A stretch of DNA of 64,000 bases from an uncultured bacterium (GCA_963777505.1 CAVZQN010000003.1:288001-352000), one strand, 5' to 3'. Positions 47,106-57,488 are shown, counted from the stretch's first letter. The notes: generated by a model from the sequence alone, not told the origin. Program-made: numbers and translations.

Positions 47106-48650
47106 ATGATGTTCATTTTTCGTCTTGTCTTTGTCCTCTTATTTATTCCCATTTTGGCTTCAGCACAAGAGGAAGCCCTGCCTTTGGCATCTCCAGGATT
47201 ATTTAAGAAAACCTCAAGTACTGGTAATCCTGCCAAGTTTGTGAATTCGCTGCAGCTTATCGAAACGCCTACAGGCGCTGACATCGATCTTTCTGGTGAC
47301 GGCTTTCTGGAGTATGCATATTACAGCCTGGTACAACCGGCGCGCTTAATTCTCGATATAAGAAATGTGCAGAGCCAATTGAACTGTAATCCTGTGGAGA
47401 ATCAATATATCGCAGCTATCCGGTGTTTCGATCTATGGCGTTCTGGTGAAATAGAAAACGCTGTTCGCATTGTTCTTGAATTCAAAGCTCACATGAGATT
47501 CATGGCAAATTCGCGTGCGAATGGTCTGACGTTGCAGTTTACGGCCGTGCAACCATCAGCACCCGCGACTCAACCAGTCCAAACCGAACGTTCGCCGAAT
47601 ATGAGTAGTAATAATCAGACGCCACCTCAGCAAAATCCACCATCCGAGTCGAATGCGAATTTGCAGCAAAAAAAGAATGAGGAACCTGCTCCAACATCTG
47701 AACAACCGAAGCCTCCTCCAAATATTCAAGAACCTCCAGCTCAAAAGGAACCGATAAAGAATGAAACACCTCCTTCTGCGCCGCCTTCTACTGATGCGCG
47801 TAAAGGTGTAGTTCTTTTGCCAGCGGGCAAAGTCGATCTTGAACCAGCAGCCGCTGATCCAGCTTTGTTCTTTACTGTCCCTTCAAATTCTACAGATTAC
47901 GTACTGGGGCCTGAAGATGTAATCGACCTCAAAGTGCAGCAGTTGGAGGAATTGAATGTGACTGTGCGAATTGCTGGTGATGGCGCAATCACTCTTCCGT
48001 TTCTTGGATCCGTTTCCGTTGCCGGTCTTACTGCTGTCGAAGTTGCCCAAAAAATTGCAAAGCAATTGGGTGAGCAATTTTTGCAGAATCCTCAAGTCAG
48101 TGTCTTTGCAAAAGAATTTAACTCTCAAAAAGTTTCTGTTATCGGAGCTGTTTCAACTCCGGGAACATATCCTCTTACGGGACCCCGAACGATCATTCAA
48201 ATGCTTGCACAGTCCGGTGGCATGAGACCCGATGCAGGATCAAACATTCTAATTTTTCGACAAGATGCAAAGGGTATAAGCACAAGGTTATCGATCCAGC
48301 GTGAGGATTTGCTCGTAAAGGGAGACCCCGCATGGAACATCTGGCTTCGTGCAGGCGATGTCGTTAACATTCCGCCTTTAATTCAAATCAGCGTTTCCCT
48401 TTTTGGAGCTGTTGGTACACCTGGTGTATATACATTGGCCGAAGGAAGTGAATCAACCTTGTTAAAAGCGATTGCCAAAGCTGGCGGATTGCAGCGTGCT
48501 TCAAAAAGTGGAGTAAAGATAAAAAGGAAAGGGGCGGACGGAAAAGAAGAAATTATTACAATCAATTTAGGGGATATTCTTTCCGGTAAGAAACCGGATA
48601 TTACTCTTGAAGATGGGGATTTGATCATCATTAACGAAAGCTTTTTCTAA
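47106..48650 (+). CDS. wza: OPX/Wza-family polysaccharide export protein with N-terminal AMIN-like domain and Pro/Gln-rich linker
   Basis: Signal peptide; LVQPARLILDI...VRIVLEF (AMIN-like); YVLGPEDVI...DGAITLPFLG...NPQVSV (Poly_export); two SLBB domains; ends ESFF. Confidence 0.85.
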   Translation: MMFIFRLVFVLLFIPILASAQEEALPLASPGLFKKTSSTGNPAKFVNSLQLIETPTGADIDLSGDGFLEYAYYSLVQPARLILDIRNVQSQLNCNPVENQYIAAIRCFDLWRSGEIENAVRIVLEFKAHMRFMANSRANGLTLQFTAVQPSAPATQPVQTERSPNMSSNNQTPPQQNPPSESNANLQQKKNEEPAPTSEQPKPPPNIQEPPAQKEPIKNETPPSAPPSTDARKGVVLLPAGKVDLEPAAADPALFFTVPSNSTDYVLGPEDVIDLKVQQLEELNVTVRIAGDGAITLPFLGSVSVAGLTAVEVAQKIAKQLGEQFLQNPQVSVFAKEFNSQKVSVIGAVSTPGTYPLTGPRTIIQMLAQSGGMRPDAGSNILIFRQDAKGISTRLSIQREDLLVKGDPAWNIWLRAGDVVNIPPLIQISVSLFGAVGTPGVYTLAEGSESTLLKAIAKAGGLQRASKSGVKIKRKGADGKEEIITINLGDILSGKKPDITLEDGDLIIINESFF

Positions 48651-48736
48651 TCGCGTACAATCTCCTACACAGCCGCAAGATAAAACAATTCGATGTTGCC
48701 TCTTGTGCGCCTTCGTTAAGTCAAAAGGTGAAATAG

Positions 48737-50878
48737 ATGCAAAAAGAGCGTATCGGTACATTGCTGCAGCAACTCAACCCCCCGCAGAGGGAAGCAGTTT
48801 CTACTGTGGATGGGCCGGTAGTTGTTGTTGCAGGGGCTGGTTCCGGTAAGACCCGCGTCATTACGTATCGAATACCCTACCTGTTATTGAGCGGTGCTGC
48901 GACTTCGAAAAATATCCTCGCACTTACATTTACAAATAAAGCGGCAAACGAGATGAAGGCAAGAACACAAGTGCTCGCTGGATCTGAATTTCAGCCGCCC
49001 TTAATTTCCACTTTTCATTCTTTCGGCGCAATCCTACTTCGCAAACACATTAACGTACTGGGTTTTTCTCGTGACTTCATGGTCTTTGATGAAGAGGATC
49101 AGTTAAATGTCGTTAAAGAGACTTGCAAGCAATTAAATTTGAATGAACAACGGTATGAGCCGCGTGAAGTTCAATATTCCATCAAATGGCACAAGTCGCG
49201 GATGGAGCCGCCTCCCATTTACGATTTGAATATGCAAAGCATCATACAAAAATACGAACAGAATCTACGACAATCAAACGGAGTGGATTTCGATGACCTT
49301 CTGCATTTGCCTCTTAGGATTTTGAACAATTTTCCAGAGATTCGTGAATCGTATCAGCAAATATTCAAGTATGTGATGGTTGATGAATATCAAGATACGA
49401 ATGAAATCCAGTATGAAATTCTAAAAATGCTTACTGGCCAACGAGCAAATGTTCTTGTCGTTGGAGATGAGGATCAATCCATCTATCGTTTTCGCGGTGC
49501 AAGGCCGGAAAATATTCAGCATTTTTTAAAAGATTATCCGCGGGCTCGCATTATCAAGCTCGAACAAAACTATCGTTCTACAAAAACAATTCTAAAAGCT
49601 GCACAGGCAGTTATTTCCATCAACCGTTCCCGCATTAAGAAAGAGCTGTGGACAGAGAACAATCCCGGAGAACCAATTGAGGTTTATCACGCTTTTGATG
49701 AATATGATGAGGCCGCCTACGTTACGTTGCGTGTGATGGCTGAACTCAAAGGAAAGAGTGCATCGCAAATTGCAGTTTTGTACAGGGCGAATGCTCAGTC
49801 CCGCGCCGTGGAAGAATCATTCGTAAAAGCACAAATTCCGCATCGTATCGTAGGTGCGGTTGGGTTTTATGAGCGCCGGGAAATTCGAGATATGATTGCG
49901 TTCTCACGTTTACTTGTGAATCATGCCGATTCAACAAGTCTCCTGCGCATCATTAATGTGCCGCCACGCGGTGTAGGCAAAAAAATGTTGGAACAAATAC
50001 AGCTCGCATCAACACAATCTGGAATTTCACTTTTCGAAGCTGCACAAAATTTGGGTGGCTCCGCGGTTCAGGATTTTTTAAGGAATTATGAGCCTTCATT
50101 AGATTCAAAATCTCCGTCCGAGTTTTTACAGATGTTGCTTGAGAGGATCGGATACGCGGATTATCTGCGAAAGGACGAACCTGTAACGGTCGATGATCGT
50201 CTGGAAAATATTGCTGAATTTCTGGCATACCTTCGCGATAACGAAATACAGGAAGGTTTTGATCTCATTGAATTCATCGGAAATTTGCCACTACAATCCC
50301 GCGCTGAAAAGTCCGATGATGCTGTTACTTTATTGACCGTTCATAGCGCAAAGGGTCTTGAATTTGATGTGTTGTTTGTCATTGGGATGGAGGAAGGTTT
50401 ATTCCCTCACGTGAAATCCTTGGAATCTTCAGAAGACGTTGAAGAAGAACGACGCCTTTTTTATGTTGCTATGACGCGCGCACGCTCCAAACTCTTATTA
50501 AGCTGGGCCCAACGAAGAGGCATGTTTGGCACAGGCATGTCGAATCGTCCTTCGCGATTCCTCGAAGAAGTTCCATCATGGTTTAAAGTTCATAAATATT
50601 CGGAACGATTTCAAACCTCCATTGAACGTCCTGAGCCAGCCGTCTCGCGAAGAACTTCGAAATCAAGCACGTCCTCCACTGTCTCAAAACCACAAAAACC
50701 ATCCGATCCTTCAGCGCCATATAAACCAGGATCTACTATTAGTCATGAAAAATTAGGCCGTGGGACTGTACTCAGCGTTGAAGGTGCGCCAAACGATTGG
50801 AAATTGACTATCCGATTTCAGGATGGTGTCAAAACAATCATGAGCCGTTACGCAAAACTGACAATCGAGAGTCTGTAG
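48737..50878 (+). CDS. uvrD: ATP-dependent DNA helicase UvrD/PcrA
   Basis: AGAGSGKT, TFTNKAA, VDEYQDTN, VGDEDQSIYRFRGA, QNYRST, LTVHSAKGLEF, EERRLFYVAMTRA; C-terminal Tudor-like domain. Confidence 0.95.
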   Translation: MQKERIGTLLQQLNPPQREAVSTVDGPVVVVAGAGSGKTRVITYRIPYLLLSGAATSKNILALTFTNKAANEMKARTQVLAGSEFQPPLISTFHSFGAILLRKHINVLGFSRDFMVFDEEDQLNVVKETCKQLNLNEQRYEPREVQYSIKWHKSRMEPPPIYDLNMQSIIQKYEQNLRQSNGVDFDDLLHLPLRILNNFPEIRESYQQIFKYVMVDEYQDTNEIQYEILKMLTGQRANVLVVGDEDQSIYRFRGARPENIQHFLKDYPRARIIKLEQNYRSTKTILKAAQAVISINRSRIKKELWTENNPGEPIEVYHAFDEYDEAAYVTLRVMAELKGKSASQIAVLYRANAQSRAVEESFVKAQIPHRIVGAVGFYERREIRDMIAFSRLLVNHADSTSLLRIINVPPRGVGKKMLEQIQLASTQSGISLFEAAQNLGGSAVQDFLRNYEPSLDSKSPSEFLQMLLERIGYADYLRKDEPVTVDDRLENIAEFLAYLRDNEIQEGFDLIEFIGNLPLQSRAEKSDDAVTLLTVHSAKGLEFDVLFVIGMEEGLFPHVKSLESSEDVEEERRLFYVAMTRARSKLLLSWAQRRGMFGTGMSNRPSRFLEEVPSWFKVHKYSERFQTSIERPEPAVSRRTSKSSTSSTVSKPQKPSDPSAPYKPGSTISHEKLGRGTVLSVEGAPNDWKLTIRFQDGVKTIMSRYAKLTIESL

Positions 50879-51466
50879 CTATTCATTCTTGCGTTTTTTC
50901 GATAAATTGAGCCTCATGATTGGCCGGGTTTTAGATCTGCGAGCGACTTCGCGAAAGCCCGCTTTTTTGAACGCTGAAGCTAAGCCTGTAAAGGCAAAGA
51001 CTTCAGGAAATGTTCCGGTAGGAGGTTCAACAGGATAACCTTCTAGAATCTGTGCTCCATTTTCTTTCGCATATTTTGCTGCATTCTCAAGCAATTTTAT
51101 AGTTAATCCCTGTCGGCGATATTTCTTGGCAACAAAAAAACAAACGATTGACCATACACGATTGTTGTCTACGGGACTTAAGATTCTTGAACGGTTCAGA
51201 ACAGAATAACTTTCGCGTGGAGCAAAGGAGCACCAACCAACAGGAGTGTTCGCGTCATAAGCCAGGATGCCGGGTGAAGATTTGGAATGCACGATTGTTT
51301 TCATCGCGCGGCGGTTTGCAGCTCCCTTCTTTCTTTCATATTCAGCGCGAGGAATCCGCCAGTACATACACCAGCATCCCCCACACGCCCCACGGTCTCC
51401 AAACAAGGACTCCATATCCTTCCAGCGTGCCGCCGTAACAGGATGAAACTTGAATGTTTCTGGCAT
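50879..51466 (-). CDS. GNAT family N-acetyltransferase
   Basis: Start moved to ATG 51466; CGGCWCMYWR, PVGWC, WSIVCFFV...YRRQG, EGYP, FKKAGF. Confidence 0.88.
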   Translation of the reverse strand: MPETFKFHPVTAARWKDMESLFGDRGACGGCWCMYWRIPRAEYERKKGAANRRAMKTIVHSKSSPGILAYDANTPVGWCSFAPRESYSVLNRSRILSPVDNNRVWSIVCFFVAKKYRRQGLTIKLLENAAKYAKENGAQILEGYPVEPPTGTFPEVFAFTGLASAFKKAGFREVARRSKTRPIMRLNLSKKRKNE

Positions 51467-51597
51467 AGCCGTCCATTTTAGCTCATGGAAGCCTAATCGT
51501 ATTGGAGTTAATTGCTCTGATTTACATCTCCCCTGAACACTAATACAATAGAAACAGTTGTCCTTAATCTGGTTTGTGTCGTAGCTCTGAGCGTACG

Positions 51598-54500
51598 ATG
51601 CCCAAACGCTATTTATCACCTCTCTCTTTCGAAAAAACGCGGCTTCTAATCAGAAGCCGGAATGCCGAACTTTGGGAAGGTCGTATTGATGGACGACTTC
51701 ATGCATTAAAACGGATTATCTCTGGGCGTCCCGGAGCATGGAATGACTACACGATCCTGAGCCAAATCCGTCATTCACTTTTGATCCAGCCTGGATATGC
51801 CGGCGTTGTTCGAGGCGATTTATCATTTCTAATGCCTCTTGAATTTCAACCCGAACCGCTTCCTGCGGATTGGAATTTTCCAGCATTTTGTGCACAGCTC
51901 ATATCATTAGCCAACCTCTTGCATCACCGGGGATTGGTATTCCGTTGTGATCCCCAATTCCTTCTTTACGATTCCCAGACACCTCGTTTTCATTTCGCTG
52001 GTATTAGTAATTTACGTGTGAGCACGGATTGGGAAATTGAAGAGCACTCACGACAATTACTCGAGACCTTGCGAAATTGGCCCGCAATACCAGATGGATC
52101 CAAGCAAAGAGTTATTAAGATCTTAAAAAGCTGGGAGCGTCGAAAACAAATTCATCTTGGAGAGTGTCTTAAAGATTTCCTCTTAGAATTTTCGATTTCT
52201 CCGGAATTATTGATGTGCGGCTCCGAAAGTCTTAGACGACGAGAAGTTGAACTTGTTACCGGTTTGTTTCAATTGGCTTTGCGATCCTGCGGCAGGGCCA
52301 TTTTGTTTCAGGCTGATCCAGGCGAAGGAAAGTCAACATTACTCAGGCAAATTTTTCGTGAACTTGCGGGAAGAAATGCTCACATTACATTTTGTTCTGC
52401 ATTCCGTGATGATCGACCGAATCACTTAATCAAGCAACTCCTCGATCGATTTTTTGAAAACACAGAATCCTATTCGCGTTGCAAATCGGAGCTGGCAGCT
52501 GCAAAATGGTCGCACTTCCTTCATGGTTCTGGGAGCGTTTCTGAAGAGCGGATTGTATCTCTTTTTCTTCAAGTTCTTGATTCTCTAAACTCCTCCCAAT
52601 CTCAATGCTTCGTCTTTCTTGTGGATGATTTGGATCAAGCAGATCCACAATCACTCGCACTGCTTTCCAGGATCTTGCGGCATATCGCTTCTTATCAAGT
52701 TCTTTTTGTCTTTACTTCTTCAATGCGCTTCCATGAATTTTCTGAGGTTACAATCGGTCTGCCTCTTGAGACTTTGACTCTTCATGAACTTTCCTCGGCA
52801 TTTAGTGTTCCAATGTGGAAGAAGGAACAAAAACAAATCCTGCTTGAAGAGATCTATACAAGTACTTCGGGAAACCCACTTCTTTTCCAGGAATATCTTA
52901 AAGAAGTTTTTCACAATGAGGGTGCTTCCTTAAAATGGGAAGACACAGGTTGGACAATTCCAAAGAAACAACTTCCGGCTTTTCCTGGAAAGTTATCCGG
53001 CTTTTATTTGAACAAGATTGCAGAGCTGAACAACGATGAGCGTCGATTTCTGGAATGCGCTTCCGTTCAAGGTGCATCGTTTAATCCAGCCTTTGTTGAA
53101 ATTATCGGTGAATTAAGTGCCGATGTTATTCCTTCTTTGCAAGAGAAAGGCGTCATCATTCAGGCTGATGGTTATTTTCAATTCAGCAAACCACTTCTTG
53201 CAGATTTTATATACAGGCAGACCGATCCTGAACGTCTCCGGGGATTTCATAAAAAAATTGCACGCTCCTTGTTGAAGGATTCTGACGCAGAAATAGACCC
53301 AAGAATTTCACAACACCTTCTTAAGGGCGGAGAATTCGGCCTTGCTCTGGAACATGCGTGCAAAGCGATTGATGAGAACCGGCCAGGCACGATGCAATTT
53401 GTTCTTCCAGTATTAGAAGAATTGGAACAGCAAGATTCAGAACTGAATACTCAAAAAAAGTTTGAACTCTACAGCCGGAAGGGTGATTTGTTGTTCAGGA
53501 AAGGTAATTACCCGACTGCCGCTGAATCGTATAGAAAAGCACTCACTCAATGTGACACAGATCAAAATGCCCGGTTTGATTTGTCTGTTCGAATTGCAAA
53601 ATGTCACCTTTTGAATAACGACATTCTGCTGTCTTTGAAAATGATCAAGAGCATTGCTCCGGAAGCGGCTCGCATTCAGGATCCGCGGCTGCTCTTGCCT
53701 TATTACTTTACGAGCGGCGTTTGCGCATGGCATCGCGGCAGCCGTGAAGATGAAGATTTTGACAGAGCTCTAAAGATTGCAGAAGAAGTACAGGATTATG
53801 AAGCGCTCTCTTCCGGTTACAGGCAACGCGCTGAACTGGCACTTCGTGATGGAAACTTTGCTGAAGCGCAACGGCATGCACAGAAGGTTTTACGGTATTC
53901 AAGCAAAATGGGGAACGATACTGAAACTGGTTTGGCACTGCGCATTTTGGGCTCGGCTGCATTTCATCGTTCTATGTACGAAAAAGCGGAACGAACCTAC
54001 AAACGAAGTATCCGTTATCTGCGGCGTGCTGAAAGTATGGACGGGATCGCCAGAGTTTGGAATCAACTTGGAAACCTATACCTTGAAATGTATCGCTTTG
54101 GTGAAGCAATCAAAGCTTTCAGGACCGCAGCAGGTTTGTTTAGCCAGCTTGATCATCCTTTGGAAGTAGGTCTTGCTCATTTCAATATGGGTTTGATTTT
54201 TATTGAACAAGGGAAATTAAAAGAAGCGGAGAAAATTTATTTACGCTGCCGTGCAATCGATAAGAAAGCCGGAAACAGACTCTATTTTGCGTACGATATT
54301 CGAGCACTCGCAGTCATCGCTTTCCAACGCGGCTTTTTTAGAAAAGCTGACAGGCTTTTGAAACGAACGATAGAAATTTGTGAAGAGCTTCACGCAGAAG
54401 CTGATGTCTTGCAGACAAAAATGATTTTGCTTTACAGTCTGTTAGAACAAAAAAAACACCGTGAATGTAAGCCACTTGTGGAATATGTAAGTGACAAGCT

Positions 54501-56409
54501 TTCTTCATTACCGCAGGAGCCAATGGCTCGATCGGAAATTCATTATCTTCTTGCGCAATATAGTGGACAAACGGAGCGTGTTCCTGATGCGATTCAACAT
54601 CTGGATGAGTCGTTAAAACTTGCTCGAAAAATTCAGCACTACAAGTTGATCGGCATGAGTCTTATTTTACGAATTGTGCTGCAGGGTTCTGTTCCTTCTC
54701 GTGGAGATAAGGAATTGCGGGCAGCAATCCGAAATTTTAGGAAAAGCCGCAATGAACTCCGGTTTTACGATTCAATGCTGAAACTGTATGAGGCTTATCC
54801 AGTTTTACTTCAAGATCGTTGGCATGCAAAGTTTTTGTCACGAATGGAAAAAGGGTATCGTGAAATTCTGAATCGTTCCAGGCATCGTCAGGTACGAAAG
54901 CTTGTGCGGGCTGTAGCGCCAAATCATGTGCGCACAGAACCATTGTACGAATGGTGGCAATCATTGTTAGCGAGTCTTAGCGGTGCTGAAACTTTAGATG
55001 AGCGGTTCACCCGGGTGTTGTCGCGATTGTCCGAAGAACTTCATGCATCGCAGTCAGTCCTCATATACGAGGAATCCGGAGGTGAAATGAATGAACATGT
55101 TTATCCGGAAGATCCTGCGATTGAAGTACTCCGTGATTTGAGGAAGAAAATTTACTCGCGACTTCGAAAGAATATGCAGCCTCTTCAGATTAATCCTGAA
55201 CATGAGTCAGAATTGATGGAACATCCTGCGGTACGTTTGCACAACATTACTTCCATTCTTGCAATTCCCATTAAGATGGAAAGTCAAATTGGAATGTGGT
55301 ATTTCGAACGTTGGGAGCCGGAGCCTGAGTTTACAAGGAGTGATTTAGGCAAAGCTTCTTTTTTTGCAGCCGCTTCTGCACCAGCTCTTGCCAATGCATT
55401 ACGCAGCCATCTACAATTCCGACCCAAGGAAGTGCAGATCGTTCGCACTCCGTATTCGGATCTAATCGGCAGCTCACCGCGAATGCAGACGCTGTACAGA
55501 CATATGTCACGCGCAGCACCAGTGGATATTTCAGTATTGATTCTTGGAGAAAGCGGCACTGGAAAGGAACTGGTAGCAAGAAATTTGCATCGTAGCAGTC
55601 AGCGTTCATCCGGTCCGTTTCAAGCGCTTAACTGCAGCGCACTTCCTGAGACTTTGTTGGAAAGCGAACTGTTTGGTTATGCACGAGGCGCCTTTACAGG
55701 AGCGACGATGAGCCGGCAGGGCATGATTGAGAAGGCTAATGGCGGAACTCTTTTCCTGGATGAAATTGGTGATCTTACGCCTGCTGCGCAGGTAAAACTA
55801 CTTCGAGTTATGCAAGAACGTGAAATCCAACGATTAGGTGAAAATGTAACTCGCAAAGTGGATGTACGATTTATTTTTGCAACGCATAAAGATTTGAAAA
55901 AAATGATTCAGGATGGCACATACCGTGAGGATTTGTTTTACCGTGTTAGCGTTCACTCACTTCATGTTCCGCCTCTCCGTGAACGAAAGGAAGATATTCC
56001 TGCGTTGATTTCATATTTTACGGAAAAGTATTGTAAGTCATTTGGGAAGGATAAAATTACTTTTGCAGGATCTGCAGTTCGCGCGATGTCTGAATATGAA
56101 TGGCCGGGCAATGTGCGTGAACTTGAAAATATAATTCAAAGCATGCTTGTTACCTGCGAATCAGGCAAAAATGTAGAAATCGATGATTTGCCTTCATCAA
56201 TTACGGGTGGTCAGCGTTTTCAACGTTTCGCAGGCCATACACTTGAAGAAGCAAAGAATGAATTTGAACGTGAATTTTTGCAGGCGGCATTGAATAGAAA
56301 CCGCTGGAACAAAACTCAAACCTCCAAGGAATTGAAGATTACGCGCCAGGGTCTCATGAATATGATTCAACGGTTGGGGATTCGTGAACCCGGCGGTGGA
56401 AAGGACTAA
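51598..56409 (+). CDS. Multidomain sigma54-dependent activator: degenerate kinase-like N-terminus, STAND-type AAA ATPase, TPRs, GAF, sigma54 AAA+, Fis HTH
   Basis: ADPGEGKST / LVDDLDQAD / SGNPLL; TPR array; GESGTGKELVA, ESELFGYARGAFTGA, LFLDEIG, REDLFYR, WPGNVREL; HTH NKTQTSKELKITR. Confidence 0.88.
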   Translation: MPKRYLSPLSFEKTRLLIRSRNAELWEGRIDGRLHALKRIISGRPGAWNDYTILSQIRHSLLIQPGYAGVVRGDLSFLMPLEFQPEPLPADWNFPAFCAQLISLANLLHHRGLVFRCDPQFLLYDSQTPRFHFAGISNLRVSTDWEIEEHSRQLLETLRNWPAIPDGSKQRVIKILKSWERRKQIHLGECLKDFLLEFSISPELLMCGSESLRRREVELVTGLFQLALRSCGRAILFQADPGEGKSTLLRQIFRELAGRNAHITFCSAFRDDRPNHLIKQLLDRFFENTESYSRCKSELAAAKWSHFLHGSGSVSEERIVSLFLQVLDSLNSSQSQCFVFLVDDLDQADPQSLALLSRILRHIASYQVLFVFTSSMRFHEFSEVTIGLPLETLTLHELSSAFSVPMWKKEQKQILLEEIYTSTSGNPLLFQEYLKEVFHNEGASLKWEDTGWTIPKKQLPAFPGKLSGFYLNKIAELNNDERRFLECASVQGASFNPAFVEIIGELSADVIPSLQEKGVIIQADGYFQFSKPLLADFIYRQTDPERLRGFHKKIARSLLKDSDAEIDPRISQHLLKGGEFGLALEHACKAIDENRPGTMQFVLPVLEELEQQDSELNTQKKFELYSRKGDLLFRKGNYPTAAESYRKALTQCDTDQNARFDLSVRIAKCHLLNNDILLSLKMIKSIAPEAARIQDPRLLLPYYFTSGVCAWHRGSREDEDFDRALKIAEEVQDYEALSSGYRQRAELALRDGNFAEAQRHAQKVLRYSSKMGNDTETGLALRILGSAAFHRSMYEKAERTYKRSIRYLRRAESMDGIARVWNQLGNLYLEMYRFGEAIKAFRTAAGLFSQLDHPLEVGLAHFNMGLIFIEQGKLKEAEKIYLRCRAIDKKAGNRLYFAYDIRALAVIAFQRGFFRKADRLLKRTIEICEELHAEADVLQTKMILLYSLLEQKKHRECKPLVEYVSDKLSSLPQEPMARSEIHYLLAQYSGQTERVPDAIQHLDESLKLARKIQHYKLIGMSLILRIVLQGSVPSRGDKELRAAIRNFRKSRNELRFYDSMLKLYEAYPVLLQDRWHAKFLSRMEKGYREILNRSRHRQVRKLVRAVAPNHVRTEPLYEWWQSLLASLSGAETLDERFTRVLSRLSEELHASQSVLIYEESGGEMNEHVYPEDPAIEVLRDLRKKIYSRLRKNMQPLQINPEHESELMEHPAVRLHNITSILAIPIKMESQIGMWYFERWEPEPEFTRSDLGKASFFAAASAPALANALRSHLQFRPKEVQIVRTPYSDLIGSSPRMQTLYRHMSRAAPVDISVLILGESGTGKELVARNLHRSSQRSSGPFQALNCSALPETLLESELFGYARGAFTGATMSRQGMIEKANGGTLFLDEIGDLTPAAQVKLLRVMQEREIQRLGENVTRKVDVRFIFATHKDLKKMIQDGTYREDLFYRVSVHSLHVPPLRERKEDIPALISYFTEKYCKSFGKDKITFAGSAVRAMSEYEWPGNVRELENIIQSMLVTCESGKNVEIDDLPSSITGGQRFQRFAGHTLEEAKNEFEREFLQAALNRNRWNKTQTSKELKITRQGLMNMIQRLGIREPGGGKD

Positions 56410-56428
56410 CCGCAAAGGCACAGTTTCC

Positions 56429-57349
56429 GTGAAACACTATTTTCTTCGACGGGTATTGCTTCTGATTCCAATTCTATTTTCGGTACTTACAGTTGTCTTT
56501 TCATTTTTACGTTTAATACCAGGCGACCCGGTTGAAGCAATGCTGGGTGAAGGTGCGCGTTCAGCTGATGTTGCATCCATGCGAAAGGAATTGCTTCTGG
56601 ATCAACCTTTATACAAACAGTATGGCCGGTACGTGCGAGGCATTTTTCAGGGTGACCTTGGTTATTCCTGGAATACGCGAATGCCGGTTGTTTCTTCGAT
56701 CGCTTCAAGACTGCCTGCCACACTTCAGCTAGCAGCAGGTGGAATGACAATAGCGATTCTTATCTCATTTCCTCTTGGAATTTTTGCAGCAAAAAATGCA
56801 AACCGTCTTCCGGACAAACTGACCATGATTCTTTCAGTCGGCGTGGGGGCAATGCCGCATTTTTGGCTCGCACCTTTATTAATTTTATTTTTCTCAATTT
56901 TTCTTGGATGGCTCCCCGTTTCGGGAAGAGGGACTATCCTGCATATGATCCTGCCGTCACTAACTCTTGGGTTGGCACTGACAGCAATTCTTGTGCGTAT
57001 GATCCGTTCCAGCCTGCTTGAAGAATTACATTCTGACTACATTAGAACCGCCCGCGCAAAAGGCTGCTCAGAACGCAGAGTTTTTCGCATCCATGCGCTG
57101 CGAAATGCGATGCTTCCGGTTGTGACGATCATGGGATTACAATTCGGAAGTCTTTTGACCGGAGCCATCATTACAGAAACTATTTTTTCGTGGCCTGGCA
57201 TCGGACGGCTTCTGATTCAAGCCATTTATTCCCGCGACTATCCGCTTGTTCAAGGATGCATTCTCGTGTTTGCAGCGCTCTATGCCGTCGTTAACCTTGT
57301 GGTCGACTTACTGTACGGTGCGTTAGATCCACGGATCGAACTCAAATGA
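56429..57349 (+). CDS. Peptide/nickel ABC transporter permease (DppB/OppB)
   Basis: Start at GTG 56429; PGDP, GDLGYS, DYIRTARAKG, HALRNA, ETIFSWPGIG, RDYPLVQG, DPRI. Confidence 0.92.
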   Translation: MKHYFLRRVLLLIPILFSVLTVVFSFLRLIPGDPVEAMLGEGARSADVASMRKELLLDQPLYKQYGRYVRGIFQGDLGYSWNTRMPVVSSIASRLPATLQLAAGGMTIAILISFPLGIFAAKNANRLPDKLTMILSVGVGAMPHFWLAPLLILFFSIFLGWLPVSGRGTILHMILPSLTLGLALTAILVRMIRSSLLEELHSDYIRTARAKGCSERRVFRIHALRNAMLPVVTIMGLQFGSLLTGAIITETIFSWPGIGRLLIQAIYSRDYPLVQGCILVFAALYAVVNLVVDLLYGALDPRIELK

Positions 57350-57350
57350 A

Positions 57351-57446
57351 AGAGAATAGAGGATAGAAGATAGATGATAGAAGCTCAAGAGCTGCAATCC
57401 TCCATCCTCCATCCTCTATCCTCTATCTCTATCCTCCATTCTCTCT
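57351..57446. repeat. Inverted array of short heptamer tandem repeats (hairpin, possible terminator)
   Basis: Left arm of GATAGA(G/A/T)-type units (57351-57383); right arm of ATCCTC(C/T) units (57397-57446), complementary to the left. Confidence 0.75.
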
Positions 57447-57452
57447 CCCCTT

Positions 57453-57461
57453 TGCTATAAT
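57453..57461 (+). promoter_or_regulatory. Extended -10 promoter for the gamma-CA-hisS-aspS-moxR operon
   Basis: TGcTATAAT 27 bp upstream of ATG 57489; SD GAGGA. Confidence 0.65.
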
Positions 57462-57488
57462 ACGTGCTTATCTTTAGAGGACAGAAAA

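Noticed and set aside
47091-47106. sigma54-like CGGCAT-N5-TCGCA
   Set aside because: The predicted start site would fall inside the signal-peptide coding region; a perfect sigma70 promoter upstream explains expression.
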